Shown here: positions 47,801 to 59,508 of the stretch, piece by piece | How positions within the stretch are numbered: the stretch's first letter is position 1 | Layout: every line of letters begins with the position of its first letter | Source: Ramazzottius varieornatus | Lineage: Eukaryota; Animalia; Tardigrada | NCBI GenBank assembly: GCA_001949185.1 | Contig: BDGG01000010.1 | Span: 1,435,773 to 1,499,772, forward strand | Reading direction: 5' to 3' | DNA length: 64,000 nucleotides | The notes under the pieces: generated by a model | Seen by the model: only the letters and a program-made list of their open reading frames with translations | Databases searched by the model: none | Told to the model about the DNA's origin: nothing | Program-made: the position numbers and the translations under genes

Positions 47801-50800
47801 CAAGAAATTAGGGGAAAAAGGGCGAGAATATCGGTTAAGGGGTTCTTCAGGAAAATCAAAGTCGTCTATTTTGTGGGTCTTCGTGTGGACATACGAATGT
47901 TATTTTTGCCTGCAAATGCCAGACAAATATTATCTTTGCGTCTCCCAACGTCCATCTTAAACCTCAAAGACGAATTTTCGGTGTTTTCCATCAATACGAC
48001 AAGTTGCAAACAACTCGGCGTCAACAAGGCTATTAGTGCATATTGGCAGACGCTAACAGGATTTCCATTGGGAATTACATCCATCCCTGCTTTGATAGTT
48101 CTCGTCGCGCTCCTGCTTCCTTCAGTCCTGCCGGATGAATGTCAACTCGATTAGGAACGGATTTTGCTTTTAAGATTTAGTCGATCTGATGGCAACATAT
48201 TCCACCCGGAAAGCGGACTGACCGGTCTAACCTAGTACCATGAACGTACCAGTTTTGCACGAACCTGCATACTGGTCAGTAATGATAGTCGTACTGTTAT
48301 GTGTGCGCAGGTGGATGACAGACTGAACATTTTGTCGTACGACTGCATAGTTTCCCTATCAGTCACGGACATCTTCAGCTAATAACTTTATCTATACATT
48401 TTCTAACTGTTGGAGGCCATGTTATTGTACGGCGGCGTCGGGAGTCAGGACGTGTGCTGCGATAAAGAGGCATTATCATTCCCAGTGTCCACAGGCACCC
48501 ACATTTCCTGTTGTAAGCTGACAGTCGACGATTATCCCCATCCTCACTGCAGAAAAGCCCCTCGTCGCCACGGGCAAGCCACGGGATATTGTTCCCTTTT
48601 AACCTCGTCCTTATCACTATTCACCATCCGCTAAAATCATCCCTGTTCCACGATGGACAGAAAGGAAGCGTGGAATATCTTTAAGACAGGGCGAACTAAG
48701 CGACTGTGAGGCTCGGTACACGCAATAGCCAGTGGCCAGCACAAGCAGGGAAACTAACCGGAAAGGGATACTTAATGAAGCTTCAAACGGAAACGATGAT
48801 CGATGCCTTACACGCTTTCCCTGATTATCGCTTCATCACTTGACCAACATCTCTGATATCAAAGATCGTATTTAATTTTCTGGACTTTTGTCCGTGATGG
48901 TTGTTATAGTCTTGTCGCTATCGCCAGCGCGCAATCCTGCTGTCAAAGATAAATTCGCACCCGGTGGGGTCCGTGATGGACTTGCCGAAAAACGAGCGAC
49001 GAGTCCTGGCGGTCTGTGCGTCTGATAAAGTTACAGTTGCCTGCTGTGTAAAGCCGGCGGCGGAAGGAAGGACGGAAGAGTGTCCAGGGAATATAAGCTC
49101 GTTGCTTCCGCAGTGACGCTCAAAACCAAAGTCATGTTTAGTGAAACTGACATGCTTGTTCCACATTCACTCACTGTAAACATTGTCGGATGAAGTCAAG
49201 CAAGCAGCGCTGAACTGCGGCTGAAAAGATAGCAAAATCCATATAGCGTGGTAAAGTGTGAACATATTGTGCGCATCCTCCTTTGTGCCGCTCTTCTTTG
49301 GCCACATCTGACTGGCGATTTGGCCATTTTCGCTGTCTTTTCAAACATGCCAAAAGGTTAAGTCAAATTTACAAAAGCCCATGCTCGTCGACTGCTCGTT
49401 CGACCGTACCAACGTCATTTCAAATAACATTATATCCGCAGATTCTATATCACTGAAGCCACTTCAAAATCGCACTCCAATGCGGTTAGCCGAATTACCG
49501 AATTAGAATTCAATTTGTATTTTCAGAATATTTTCCACAGACGAAAACAGAACCGACAATAAAATGGTACGTCAACCAGTAAACTCTGTTATCTCAAGTG
49601 GCGCACGCTCGCATTATTTTGGCTATAGATTTGCGCCACTTGGAAAAACGATCCTGATCGAGTCTTTACCGACGATTTCCCAGATTCCAATTTTGAAACT
49701 AGGAAAACGGCAGCCGGTGGAAGCCAGTGCACTTTCTGCTATGCGGAGACGTTCGTGTTGAGCACACAGATGTGTCCATTTGTGAAGAGTGTCGCCGGTG
49801 TGGGCATCTGTGTGATGCAAGATACATCGACTCCTGTGGTCACTTTATTGACCAGTCAATTCATATCTCATGAAATATTCATAGACGGCACCGTGACCAG
49901 CTTAGGGAGACCGTACGGCGTCTCTGAGTCTCCATGTGCATCTTTATGAGAAATGCAAATAGCTAAGTTGCATCTGGCCATGAAATATGGTCAAGCAAAG
50001 CCGGGCAAAGTGTTTGGGCCGTGAATTAAACAGGAAACAAATTACCTCCAACCAACGTCACGCCGCACTGGACCCACATAGAATATCGGAAATTGATTTT
50101 TCACCCTGTATTTCAATCCAGCAACACCTTTTCTGACCCACTTTAACCAAGCCAGGGAGCTTGACTATGGCTTCGGGCTTTTGTTCCTAATACATGGCAA
50201 TATCGCCGAACTCAAAAGCCGGCTGTGTTTTGGTCTACTATCTCACTGTTTGTCTTTCGCCACTTCAAAACGCACAACATTATGCAAAGTGTTTTTCAGA
50301 GGCTCAAAGCGTCGCTTATTGGCCACTTTACCATACCTGTGGCCAAACTTGACCTGACTCGACAACATCCTTCGGGAAACCTCATAAAATACACACCCGG
50401 AAAAAAATTCCCACGTTGACCACGCCCAAGGCTCAGTTCTAAAATTCGCCACCAAAAGCTGGTGAAAATATTCTGCGTAATTTCTCGAGTTGCACTGGCT
50501 ATTATGATGAGCGGTCTTCAGCCTAATGTGTCATTTCGGATAAACGTATCGGAAGTCTACAAACGATCAAAAGGTCGCCTTGCAAGGAAACTGGATCACC
50601 GGAAATTCCCTATCATTAGTAGTTTATCGGCAGCACGTTGCGACTTCCAGTGGCAAAACATTCTTCCCTTCGTATATTATTCCATCTAAACATTTGACCA
50701 AGTCTTTGGCAAAAAGAGGGTAGCGTGTGGTGGTGGGCATATATCAAGTTGGTGGTTCCCTGCTGAGGCCATGATGGCCTGATTCAATGATGCCTGGGCT

Positions 50801-52585
50801 CTTTATAAAGCGAATTACAAACCTAATTTAGGAAGGTCCACATCCTCCTTATACCCATCTTCCCTTTTATCGGTCGACCATTTTACACTTGCAACGTCAT
50901 GACAAAAGAGCCCATCCTTGAGTGCAAGATGGTGCCATGTTCGAGTCATCTTTCATGATCTCAAATTCAATCAAGCTTGCTTCAATTCGATTATGACTCT
51001 TCGGCGTTCATATGATTGTGCCATGTTGTGGACACGTAAAGGCGACTTTTCGATGTCGACTTTCCTATTCAAGAAATGCAGCTAGCTCCTCCGCCCCCTT
51101 CCGCTTCATTGCCCCACTGTTTCTCCAGAAAGCAATTTGTCATTTTGTTGTTTTCATTGCACTTGAAACTTCAACCTGTCCGGCCATATGACTCAAGTTC
51201 TTACGGAGCCTATCGTCACTCGCGCAGATGGAGAGAATATGAAATTATATTTAGATTGGACATACAGTATATTCAGGAGGCTAGACTGAAGAGTGTAGGT
51301 CACTGTGTAACAACTTCATCACTTATTCCGATTATTCAATAACGACACTCAAGGATGAGACGCATACATATTCCAGATATGCATCCCGCCAGGCATGCTA
51401 CTTCCCTCGTGTAACCGATACACGTTGGCCGCGTTTGACCTAATATAAACACTCAAAAAACTCAAAGTGGCATTGTGTGGTTCTTCAATAAGTAGCAATA
51501 TATCAGAAATTATAATTCGAGCGTGTCACATAAAACAGCATACCCCTATACGAAGTTATGCACCGTATGAACACGGGGTACTTGAGATCCGTTTCCCATA
51601 AGAAAGAACCCAGTTGCATTTTTGTCCAATCTTTCGCCTTTATGGCCATCTTTAGTGTTTGCATTTTTTATGGCATTTGTACTTTACACAATAGCTGAAA
51701 GTGATTATAAACGTGACACCGATCATCCTCGTCGGCGTGCACTTGGCGAAATTAGGCAAATAAACCTGACCGAGCGCAATGCATACACATCTCTCGCGTG
51801 AAACCCATACCGTGTTCCTCAAACGCACAACATGACAGACCGACGACACCCAACAAATTCACTTTAAATTTTCTTTGATTTCCCCCTGGTTGCAAACAAA
51901 ATGGAGAATGGTGAAATATTTTCGCAAGACCGCAGCAACGTAAAGGGGGAAACATTGGAAGATTTCAACTAGGTGCTAATAAACCCATTAACGGCTAGTA
52001 TGGCGGGATAATTGCGTGCGCAAACTGTTACGGAAGCCATAACATCGACAGTCAAGAAAGCGTTAATATCGAGCCACATATTCCAAGCAATTACTATTCT
52101 CAAGTGATCGTCAATGAAATATCGACAGCCATGTGATACTGCCCATATGAAAAGGTATGTGGAGGCATAAATATGCAACGATTGTTGACGCGTGAATTGG
52201 CCCGGTGTGAATAATTGTTACAAGGAGAAAATGGGCGATTATTGAATGGACTGTTGGCCAAGAAGGGAGAAGTTATTGAAAATACCTGAGTCGATTTCTG
52301 CAAATTAAAAATGTAAGGCGTGGACCAAGTCTGTCCAATTCTCACAGCCGCCTTTGATTCATGTGGACCAAGGACCAAAGTAGCCGAATGATATTGTTGT
52401 GCTTCGTGTACCTCATCATAACACAACACGAAGGGTGGACAACGTCCGATGGGAACGAAATGTGTCTTACCTGAGAAGCAGCAGCAGCAAATAAGCCAGA
52501 GGAGGAAGCTATGCGACCATGAGGAAGTCACGTATCCGTCAATCCAAACGGAAAAGCGCCCAAGCAGCCGCATCTTATCCCGCAT
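41878..52585 (-). CDS. Dpr (defective proboscis extension response)-like two-Ig-domain cell-surface protein
   Basis: Signal exon 52585-52471 (..SFLLWLICCCCFS) joins in phase 1 to the exon starting at 44859. Ig1: PAFESTTPVNVTVEKGQAAFLHCKIKNQGDYT|VSWVR...IVAIGTDVFIPDNRF...DWTLRIVSVRPSDEGSYECQIGTTP. Ig2: GQDLNLTC...IRWYHN...SRLFIRSAQPFHAGKYTC. Hydrophobic GPI-signal-like tail, with stop at 41880-41878. Confidence 0.85.
42085..42197. mobile_element. Palindromic MITE-like element, copy 1 (dpr intron; ends decayed)
   Basis: TTTCCAAGTGGCGCAC-loop-GTGCTCCACTTGGGCAAAC; boundaries approximate. Confidence 0.65.
44493..44616. mobile_element. Palindromic MITE-like element, copy 2 (dpr intron)
   Basis: GGAGCTCGGCAAACA...GATCGTTTTTCCCAAGTGGCGCAC-loop-GTGTGCCACTTCGGAGAACGATC...AAGCTCCC. 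Confidence 0.75.
49587..49653. mobile_element. Palindromic MITE-like element, copy 3 (core only)
   Basis: CAAGTGGCGCAC (49595-49606) ... TGCGCCACTTGGAAAAACGATC. Confidence 0.6.
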
Positions 52586-55470
52586 CAACTCACGCACGAC
52601 TGGGGCAACACGGAAGGAAAAACAGGAAGGAACGAAATTCAACTGTGGATGATTGGAAGTAAATTGAGTGGTAAGGGAAGAAAAAATAACAAGAGTAAAC
52701 GAGGCCTTTTCTTCAAAGTAAGTCGGGGATTCGAATGATCAGCACGCAATCCGCATATCCGTTCATATTGGCCGCACACCTAATTGACCGTACCCAAAAA
52801 CATCCAATTTTCTGCTGCTCATCCCACCACCAAATATGGATTAGATTAGGGACTGGAAAAAAGGGCAAAAAGAAGCATCAGCCGTCAATCCGTCTCTCAA
52901 TATCTTAAACAGAATGAATGGAGAATTAATAGTCCGCAGAGTCGGCGCCCATCTCGCCAGTCCATTACTCGGCGCCTCTCAAGGGGATCATGCCATTCGC
53001 CCTGTCACCCAGTCTGAAATTTGCTACTTGATTACAAAATAACTCTCGCGGTTCTCTACAGCCACAAACAACAAAGAAAAACACCAGGCTGCTTTCGGTA
53101 AAGAACAAACTATAAACTCGTGGTGAAAAAGAGTGGAGTGAAACCTTTCGACTTACAACTTCATCACTAATATAATCGCTGGGAAATCCGCACCACAAGT
53201 CTGCCTCTTTTCGATCGGTCAGGCGGTTGATATGCTCATCTTCTGCCCCAGCATACAGCTGCCGGGCACACTCTATACCGCGCCCACTCCCAACGCGTAT
53301 AACTTTTAGCCGTCTCCACCGCTACCAGCTACCCGCTCGATCCGCATCAGGAAGCGTAAGATCACTACGCCGTACTTAATAGGCTGGCTTCTACAATGAT
53401 CCGACCATATCCACCGGAAAAGCAACCAACCGTCGCCTATCTCTTGTTCGACCACCTCATCCTAAATCTTGGTAAATCACCGATAGAAAAAACCAATTGA
53501 AAATGCGCACTCCGCCGTGCAAAGTTCCATCCTCCAAGCATCAAGCCTCCGCCTCGAACTTTTAGGTTATTCATACCGCGCGGAAATCACTACGGCTTTT
53601 GAAAAAGTCTTTCCAACGTTATTTTGCGGTAAACACGATGCAGGAAGTAGTATACCAACCGTTGTGTCACCGGGCTACACACATGATCACGATCGTTGAT
53701 TCGCTATCTTAATGTGGGGAACCTGTCTGAGTGGCGCACTCGGGGACTGAGTTAGTTGTCATCTGATCTGGGGTGGGAAAACGCTGTGGAAGATACCACG
53801 ACCCGTGGCATGGTTTATGGGTGGGAAACCGCTGTTTCTTCCTTCCTGAACGCAAGCCGGACGAGATTGAAAGGAAAGACAATTCGATTTTTTCAGTTGG
53901 TGGATAAGAGGCTTAAGGGTAAACTGATGTAGCTGTGGGATCAAACAGGAAGCAAGTTTGTATGGTTGAGCAATTATACGAACGAACAAATTGAGCAAAA
54001 TACTAGGCAAAGGCCTCAAAAGGTCGGCGAACCAAGTGACAGTTACAGTTTGCGGAGAGCTGTAATTGTTGTTCAATAATGCACGGCAGAGGCAGTTGAT
54101 GACATTGCAAGATCAGCTTATAATCGGCAAAACAGTGCAAAGTTGTTCCCACTCCTTCTCTATCATCTTTACGAAAAGAGCTCCCAACACGCACGAGGAA
54201 AAGGAAGAAAAAAATCAATGGCCATTCTGTTAGCACAAACCATGTCGAACATGCGCACATAATCGATACCACAAAGCAACTCTTTCGTTAGCGAAAAAAT
54301 ATGGCAAAAACGGGAAACGTTTTTGTTATATGATTTCTTCCCAATAAGATTTTGCTCTAGCAGATTCATAGAAACATCATCCAACCGGTTTGTGAGATCT
54401 TTGCGAAAGGTCTCAGCTTCGAAGAGGGACCTCGAAGTTCGTAGGGACATTTACAGCTTGTCGACTTAATTTGGGTGATGAAACCATCTAGGCCTTCGTA
54501 CATCCCTTAAGCTCTCGAACTGGTACAAAGCAGACTTTGAATATGATTAATGGGAAGTGATGGAGTAATAACATTGGACCGTACAGATAGCTACAGATTC
54601 TACAGTAGCATATGGACTGACAACTTCGATAAAAAGCCACCATCTGATCCAGTGAACACCACTCAACCGTCACAATACGATGCCCACGGGAACCCTGAAC
54701 ATGCGCCCATCTCCGGAGCAACGAGCACCGGCTTTCTTCTCCTTTTCGTACTCGTACTCGTTCATCCTCTCACCAAATGTAAATCATCCCCACATAATCA
54801 GGAGTGACAGGGATAACTTGGACTCTAATCTGATGAAGCCCAACCAAATTTCAAATTAATTTCAGCAAATCTAAAACTGCTAACGCTATCATACCGCGCG
54901 CGCGAGGAAAGGAAGTCTTCGCTTAGCCAAACGCTCTCCTGATTCCTGGAAAAACTACAGTGCATTATAAAACTTGTCTGAGGGTTTCAACAGTGCAGTT
55001 TCGTGTTCGTCGGAAGGGAACTTTGTCTAAGAAACGGACTAGTTTTCTTCGTAGATTGCCTTCGTCCGGAAACAGCTGCAGCCAGAGTTGAATTTTCCTC
55101 CTGCAGAAAGTTCAAAAGACATGTAACACCCTTGCTCCATAATTGCAGTGTTGGTTTACACAAGATGTTTAATGACATCTTTACACTCCAAAAAAGCGAT
55201 TTACTTTCAAAATCGATACATTAATTTACGACAAGGATCAACACTTCGCCTGAAGAGCTCATCCGCGCCAGCTACGAGCCGACCACTGAGCAGCCCAAAA
55301 ACGCTCGTCCTTTCAGCCCTAATGAAGTGAAGTACCCTATGTACGGCAATACTTCCAGACATTCCAGCGGGTTTCTACAAGGAACACATTATGGTCACAC
55401 AAGGCTAGGATGCGCAATCAGCCACAAGCCCACAACTATCAAGAGCGTTATAAACTTCCTATTCCGTCAA

Positions 55471-56002
55471 TTAACACTTTCAGCACGATCGTTTTCATGT
55501 TTGCAGAATACTACCGTCCTCTTTGTGTACACAGGAATTTTATTGGCTGGTGCCGTGTTGCAGAGGCTGATCCAACCTATAGGCAATTTTCGAAATTTCA
55601 AAATTCGGATACTTGGCAGGCCATGAACGCCAAATCTCAAAAGGGAGAACTGCTCGTCTTGATTTTCTTCTGACCGCACTGATGACTACAAAATTAATCC
55701 CAGGCTCGGCTTCGATAGATAAGACTGTCCCCAGTGCTCCAGTTTTTTCAAAGCGAATACCGTGCACGTGTCTCGCGCGAAGAGACGAAACCAAATTTCA
55801 CCAAAACCACCCGAAACCGTAGAAAAATTTCCAGCGTGCTGGGGTTCTGCTGACCGCTGGTCGTTAGTGTTGCTTTGGTGAGAAGACCGAGGTACATGCA
55901 AAGAAAAAGACCCAGACCCGAAAGACCAAAAGCTAAAACTGGGAGGTGAATAAAACTGAGTGATTGTATACACAAAGAGGACGGTCGTACGCAGAGTGTT
56001 AA
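55471..56002. mobile_element. Non-autonomous piggyBac-like element (TTAA flanks, CACT...AGTG ends)
   Basis: TTAA-CACT at 55471-78 and AGTG-TTAA at 55995-56002. A 25-bp subterminal inverted repeat lies at 55509-55533 / 55965-55989 (23/25 match). No transposase ORF. Confidence 0.6.
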
Positions 56003-56960
56003 GCGGAGATAATTTTCGCCCCGACATTATCGTTCGCAATGCCAGCTTCCAAATACCAGGACTCGAGACCGAAGCCAAAAAACCTACGGCCTGAGCCCGT
56101 TATTTGTTCAAGTACCAAGAAGACTTACCGTGCGGAATTGATGCAGGGTAGGCCCGGCAGGCTGGAGATGAGACATCAAGGAGGTACTCCTGTAGTCACA
56201 AGTTAGGGTTCGGGAGCCGGAACTCTTACGGAGCTTGATCCTGGAGATCTGTACAGTCGCTTTCTTCTTCAGTTTTCCCGCATTCTTACCGAACACTCTT
56301 GGGGCCGACAGCTCCCCTCATGGCTGCCAGTTCCGAAGCAGCGAACTCCTTATCCTTGACTCGGAACACGATCTCAATCCACTACAAGCACAGGAAACAA
56401 TAGTTGTTAGAGTATGCCTTCAAATTCTTACCTTCGCGAACACGTACCGCTTTGGCGCTTCGCGCCAGGAATTGTGACATGACGAATATCACCCGATCTA
56501 GCGGTGTCAGGCTCGCATTGATAGCATGGAGACATGGACGATGGTCAGCGTTCATCAATGGTCGCTGAGGCGCTGGCAAAGAAACTAAACATTTTAGAGC
56601 TTCGCAGAGAACGGTCGTCAGCTGAGCCGCCAATCACTGCTCGCAAGTCGATTGGGAAAACTGAAAACTGAAGACCGAGATGCACCGAAAGGCGAACTGT
56701 TAAGATAGCGGTATCGGTTGCTTTATTGAATAGTCAACAACCAAACTCGGTTACCAAACCGAGCTGGTCCGACCGAAATCCATGTCCGGTTTGATTGTTG
56801 TGGTTTTCTTCCAAGAAAGGTTTGAAATCCGCCATCTCCGGAATCCGGATCTCAAGTCTCAACTGGAGCTGCCCGAACTATCCCACTTAACGTTTTGATC
56901 CGTCCTGGTTTCTTGCGGACAGGTTGTGGATCTGTTATATTTGTCAACCCTGCAAAAGAG

Positions 56961-58824
56961 ATGGCGCTGACTTCGCGGACTGCAAGAGACACGCAGATCA
57001 GCATATCTGCCCTTTCCGCACCACCGAAGCTGGTCATTCCCATCGAAGCTTGGCATTCCAACAACACTTTTATCGGGATCTACCAGAGTGGCAGAAATTC
57101 CAGAGAATGCGAACTGCGACTGCAGCCGGGAGACCTACCATGCATAAAGTATGTTAACCCTGGCTTATTTGCACGCACATAATAAGAAAGATGAGAGTCC
57201 AAAGTCTGTTTCAGGTTGATCATGAGCTCTTACTCTACGACTGTCAAGGAAAAGTTGAACACTGCATATCGGCAGGAGAAACAGGAGTTCATAACGGTGA
57301 AGCTTGGTCCATGGTACCATGTGGACACGTTGAAGACGTGCATCGACGCCATGCACATGGGAAAGCTGGAGATCTCGCCTGATCATCTGCGGGATGTCAT
57401 CTTGACTTTGCAGAAGCTAGATGTGGGTCCTTCGTTCATCGCCCGCGATTCAATGTTTCCATTAATTGTGTTTGTTCCCAGGTCCATCCGTTGGCTTTCT
57501 CACAGATTGCGAGCGCATTAACTGGACAACACTCAGCCATGGGTCGTCTAGTTTCGACCGAGGTCCTTCTCGCTCTGATGGAAGCCTCGCATACGTCGCT
57601 TGAGGCTTCAGCATCCTCGTCGATGACGGACTCGGAAAGGAGACAGATGCGGAGTACCTTGTTTGCTCTGGCGCTCGAAATAGCTCGCAAGTTTGAGGTA
57701 TCAATAATCCATCAGGATTTTCTGCTTTTGAGTGGATTTCGGAACTAGGTGCTTCACAGGACAGCGATGTAGACATCGTGGAAAAGTTTCTACCGCTGAC
57801 TAAGATCGTCCATTGGCACTACCTGTGTGGTATCTGTACAACAAACTTCGTCAAAAGTTTCAACCTTCAGAGGGACCTCTTCCCGTACACGTTCTTCGAG
57901 GATACGACTGTGAAGTCACAAAGGGAATTTATGCATGGAGAAATTGTGTATCGTGAGTCAGGAACCAAGCACGAACCGACTAAAGAAAAGGTGCAAGTGA
58001 CGTTCTCCATGGCTCGTCAGAAAATGTTCCTCTTGTTTTCCAAATGGAGCGTGGTATGTCCATGAGTCTTTGTAATTCCAGCAAACATCTCGGTTCGTTT
58101 CACGTTATGCATTGTGTCTCTCATTTGCAGGACAAATCCCTCGACATCGTCTATAAAAGTCCCAGTCCCATTGAGATGATCCATCTAGCGAAACTATCTT
58201 TGTCAGAAGTTTCGCAGTGCTTTTGTAAGAACTCACAGTCGTGTGCAATTGATACATGGGAGCTCGGCAAACAGATACGACCAGACCGTTCTCCCAAGTG
58301 GCGCACGCTGTCAGGCAAGATGCTTGAGTCGGTGCGCCACATGGGAAAACAATGTGCTGGAGTTTGGTTATCGAGCTCCCACGCTCTTGGGAGTTTTTTC
58401 AGAATATCAAATGTACGGAATTTATTTGTCAGGGGAGTTTTGCGCGCGGAAAGATATGAAACTCCATCGACCGTTCCTTGCGGCTCTTGGTGGACCTGTC
58501 ATGAGGATCACCACTGTGCCATATGCAACTCCAGCTGTAGACAACGACAACGTTTCGTGGTCAAAGGTGGTCAACGCCGAAACTGCACCGGCGAAGAAGC
58601 GAGCGCAGTCCGCGGAGAGCAGTGACGAAGACTCAGATCTTTGCTCGGAAAGTTCGTCGGAAGAACCCTCATCCGCCTATATGAAGAAAGTCAGACCCTC
58701 CGTACAAGATCAGCTCGTAAACTCTCCAAAAGTCGCCAACAGCGAAGCCGAGCCTCGTTCAAAGAGTACAGTCAAGAAGAAGCGTCCGCAGAAGAAGCCG
58801 AAGTCGAGTGCGCAGACACCGTAA
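56961..58824 (+). CDS. Divergent BTB/POZ-domain protein with a basic, low-complexity C-terminus; multi-exon
   Basis: Spliced N-terminus ECELRLQPGDLPCIKLIMSSYSTTVKEKL...VDTLKTCIDAMHMGKLEISPDHLRDVILTLQKLDV follows the BTB pattern. The C-terminus has NLS-like PAKKR and KKKRPQKKPK. Internal exons are approximate. Confidence 0.6.
58258..58380. mobile_element. Palindromic MITE-like element, copy 4 (BTB gene intron 58225-58432)
   Basis: GGGAGCTCGGCAAACA...CCCAAGTGGCGCAC-loop-GTGCGCCACATGGG...TCGAGCTCCC. Confidence 0.75.
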
Positions 58825-59508
58825 GCTTTGTTTCATCTGCCCATGGGTGGTACTTTTGGCCTCTTGGCCGCTTCATCGTTCAGTTTTTATGGAATCTTCA
58901 ATTGCCATAAGTCTTAGATCAGTTTTTGAAAGTAACTTGCCGTTTCAGAAGTTTGAGATGAGCTCTTGATCATCCCGCTACCGGGGAAGATCAGCTGATA
59001 AGATCTCTGATCCCCGGTATGTACGATCCACCACTCAATCGTACGCGTGAATCAGTCCCGGGTTGCCAGAACGCGGCATACCGCCTAATCAACGATCAGC
59101 TGTCAATCAGTATTTTTTAGAGTTCCTGCTCATGTATCGAAGGGTTCAGAACCTTCCTTGCACACTGTCAAGACCAACATTCAGCTACTAGTTTTCAAAT
59201 TATTGGACTTTAACATCAGCAGTTTTCTTCCTTTTTAGCTTTCACGAATAAATTATCACCGACAGACAAACAATACTACTGCGTAAAATATTCAAAAGGA
59301 CACCGGAAAAATGAATCCCGGAAGACACTGAAAGGAGCTTGTGAGTGAGTAGGAGGGACAAATGTGTAAGTACTGTATGAAAAGTGTTAGTTAGGCCTGT
59401 ACGCAAAGAATTCCCCACAGGAAACGAGACCGGCATTTCTAAAACTAAAAATCTATCCCACGTAGTACAACACCGTCAAACACTCCGTTTGAGGGTAACA
59501 AGAGAAAT

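Noticed and set aside
54550-54807. 85-aa ORF with a hydrophobic stretch
   Set aside because: No homology cues or splice context; length is within chance expectation.
58243-58432. N-terminal part of the 193-aa ORF as coding sequence containing the palindrome
   Set aside because: Lies between a GTAAGA donor (58225) and an acceptor (58432); better explained as an intron with a MITE-like insert.
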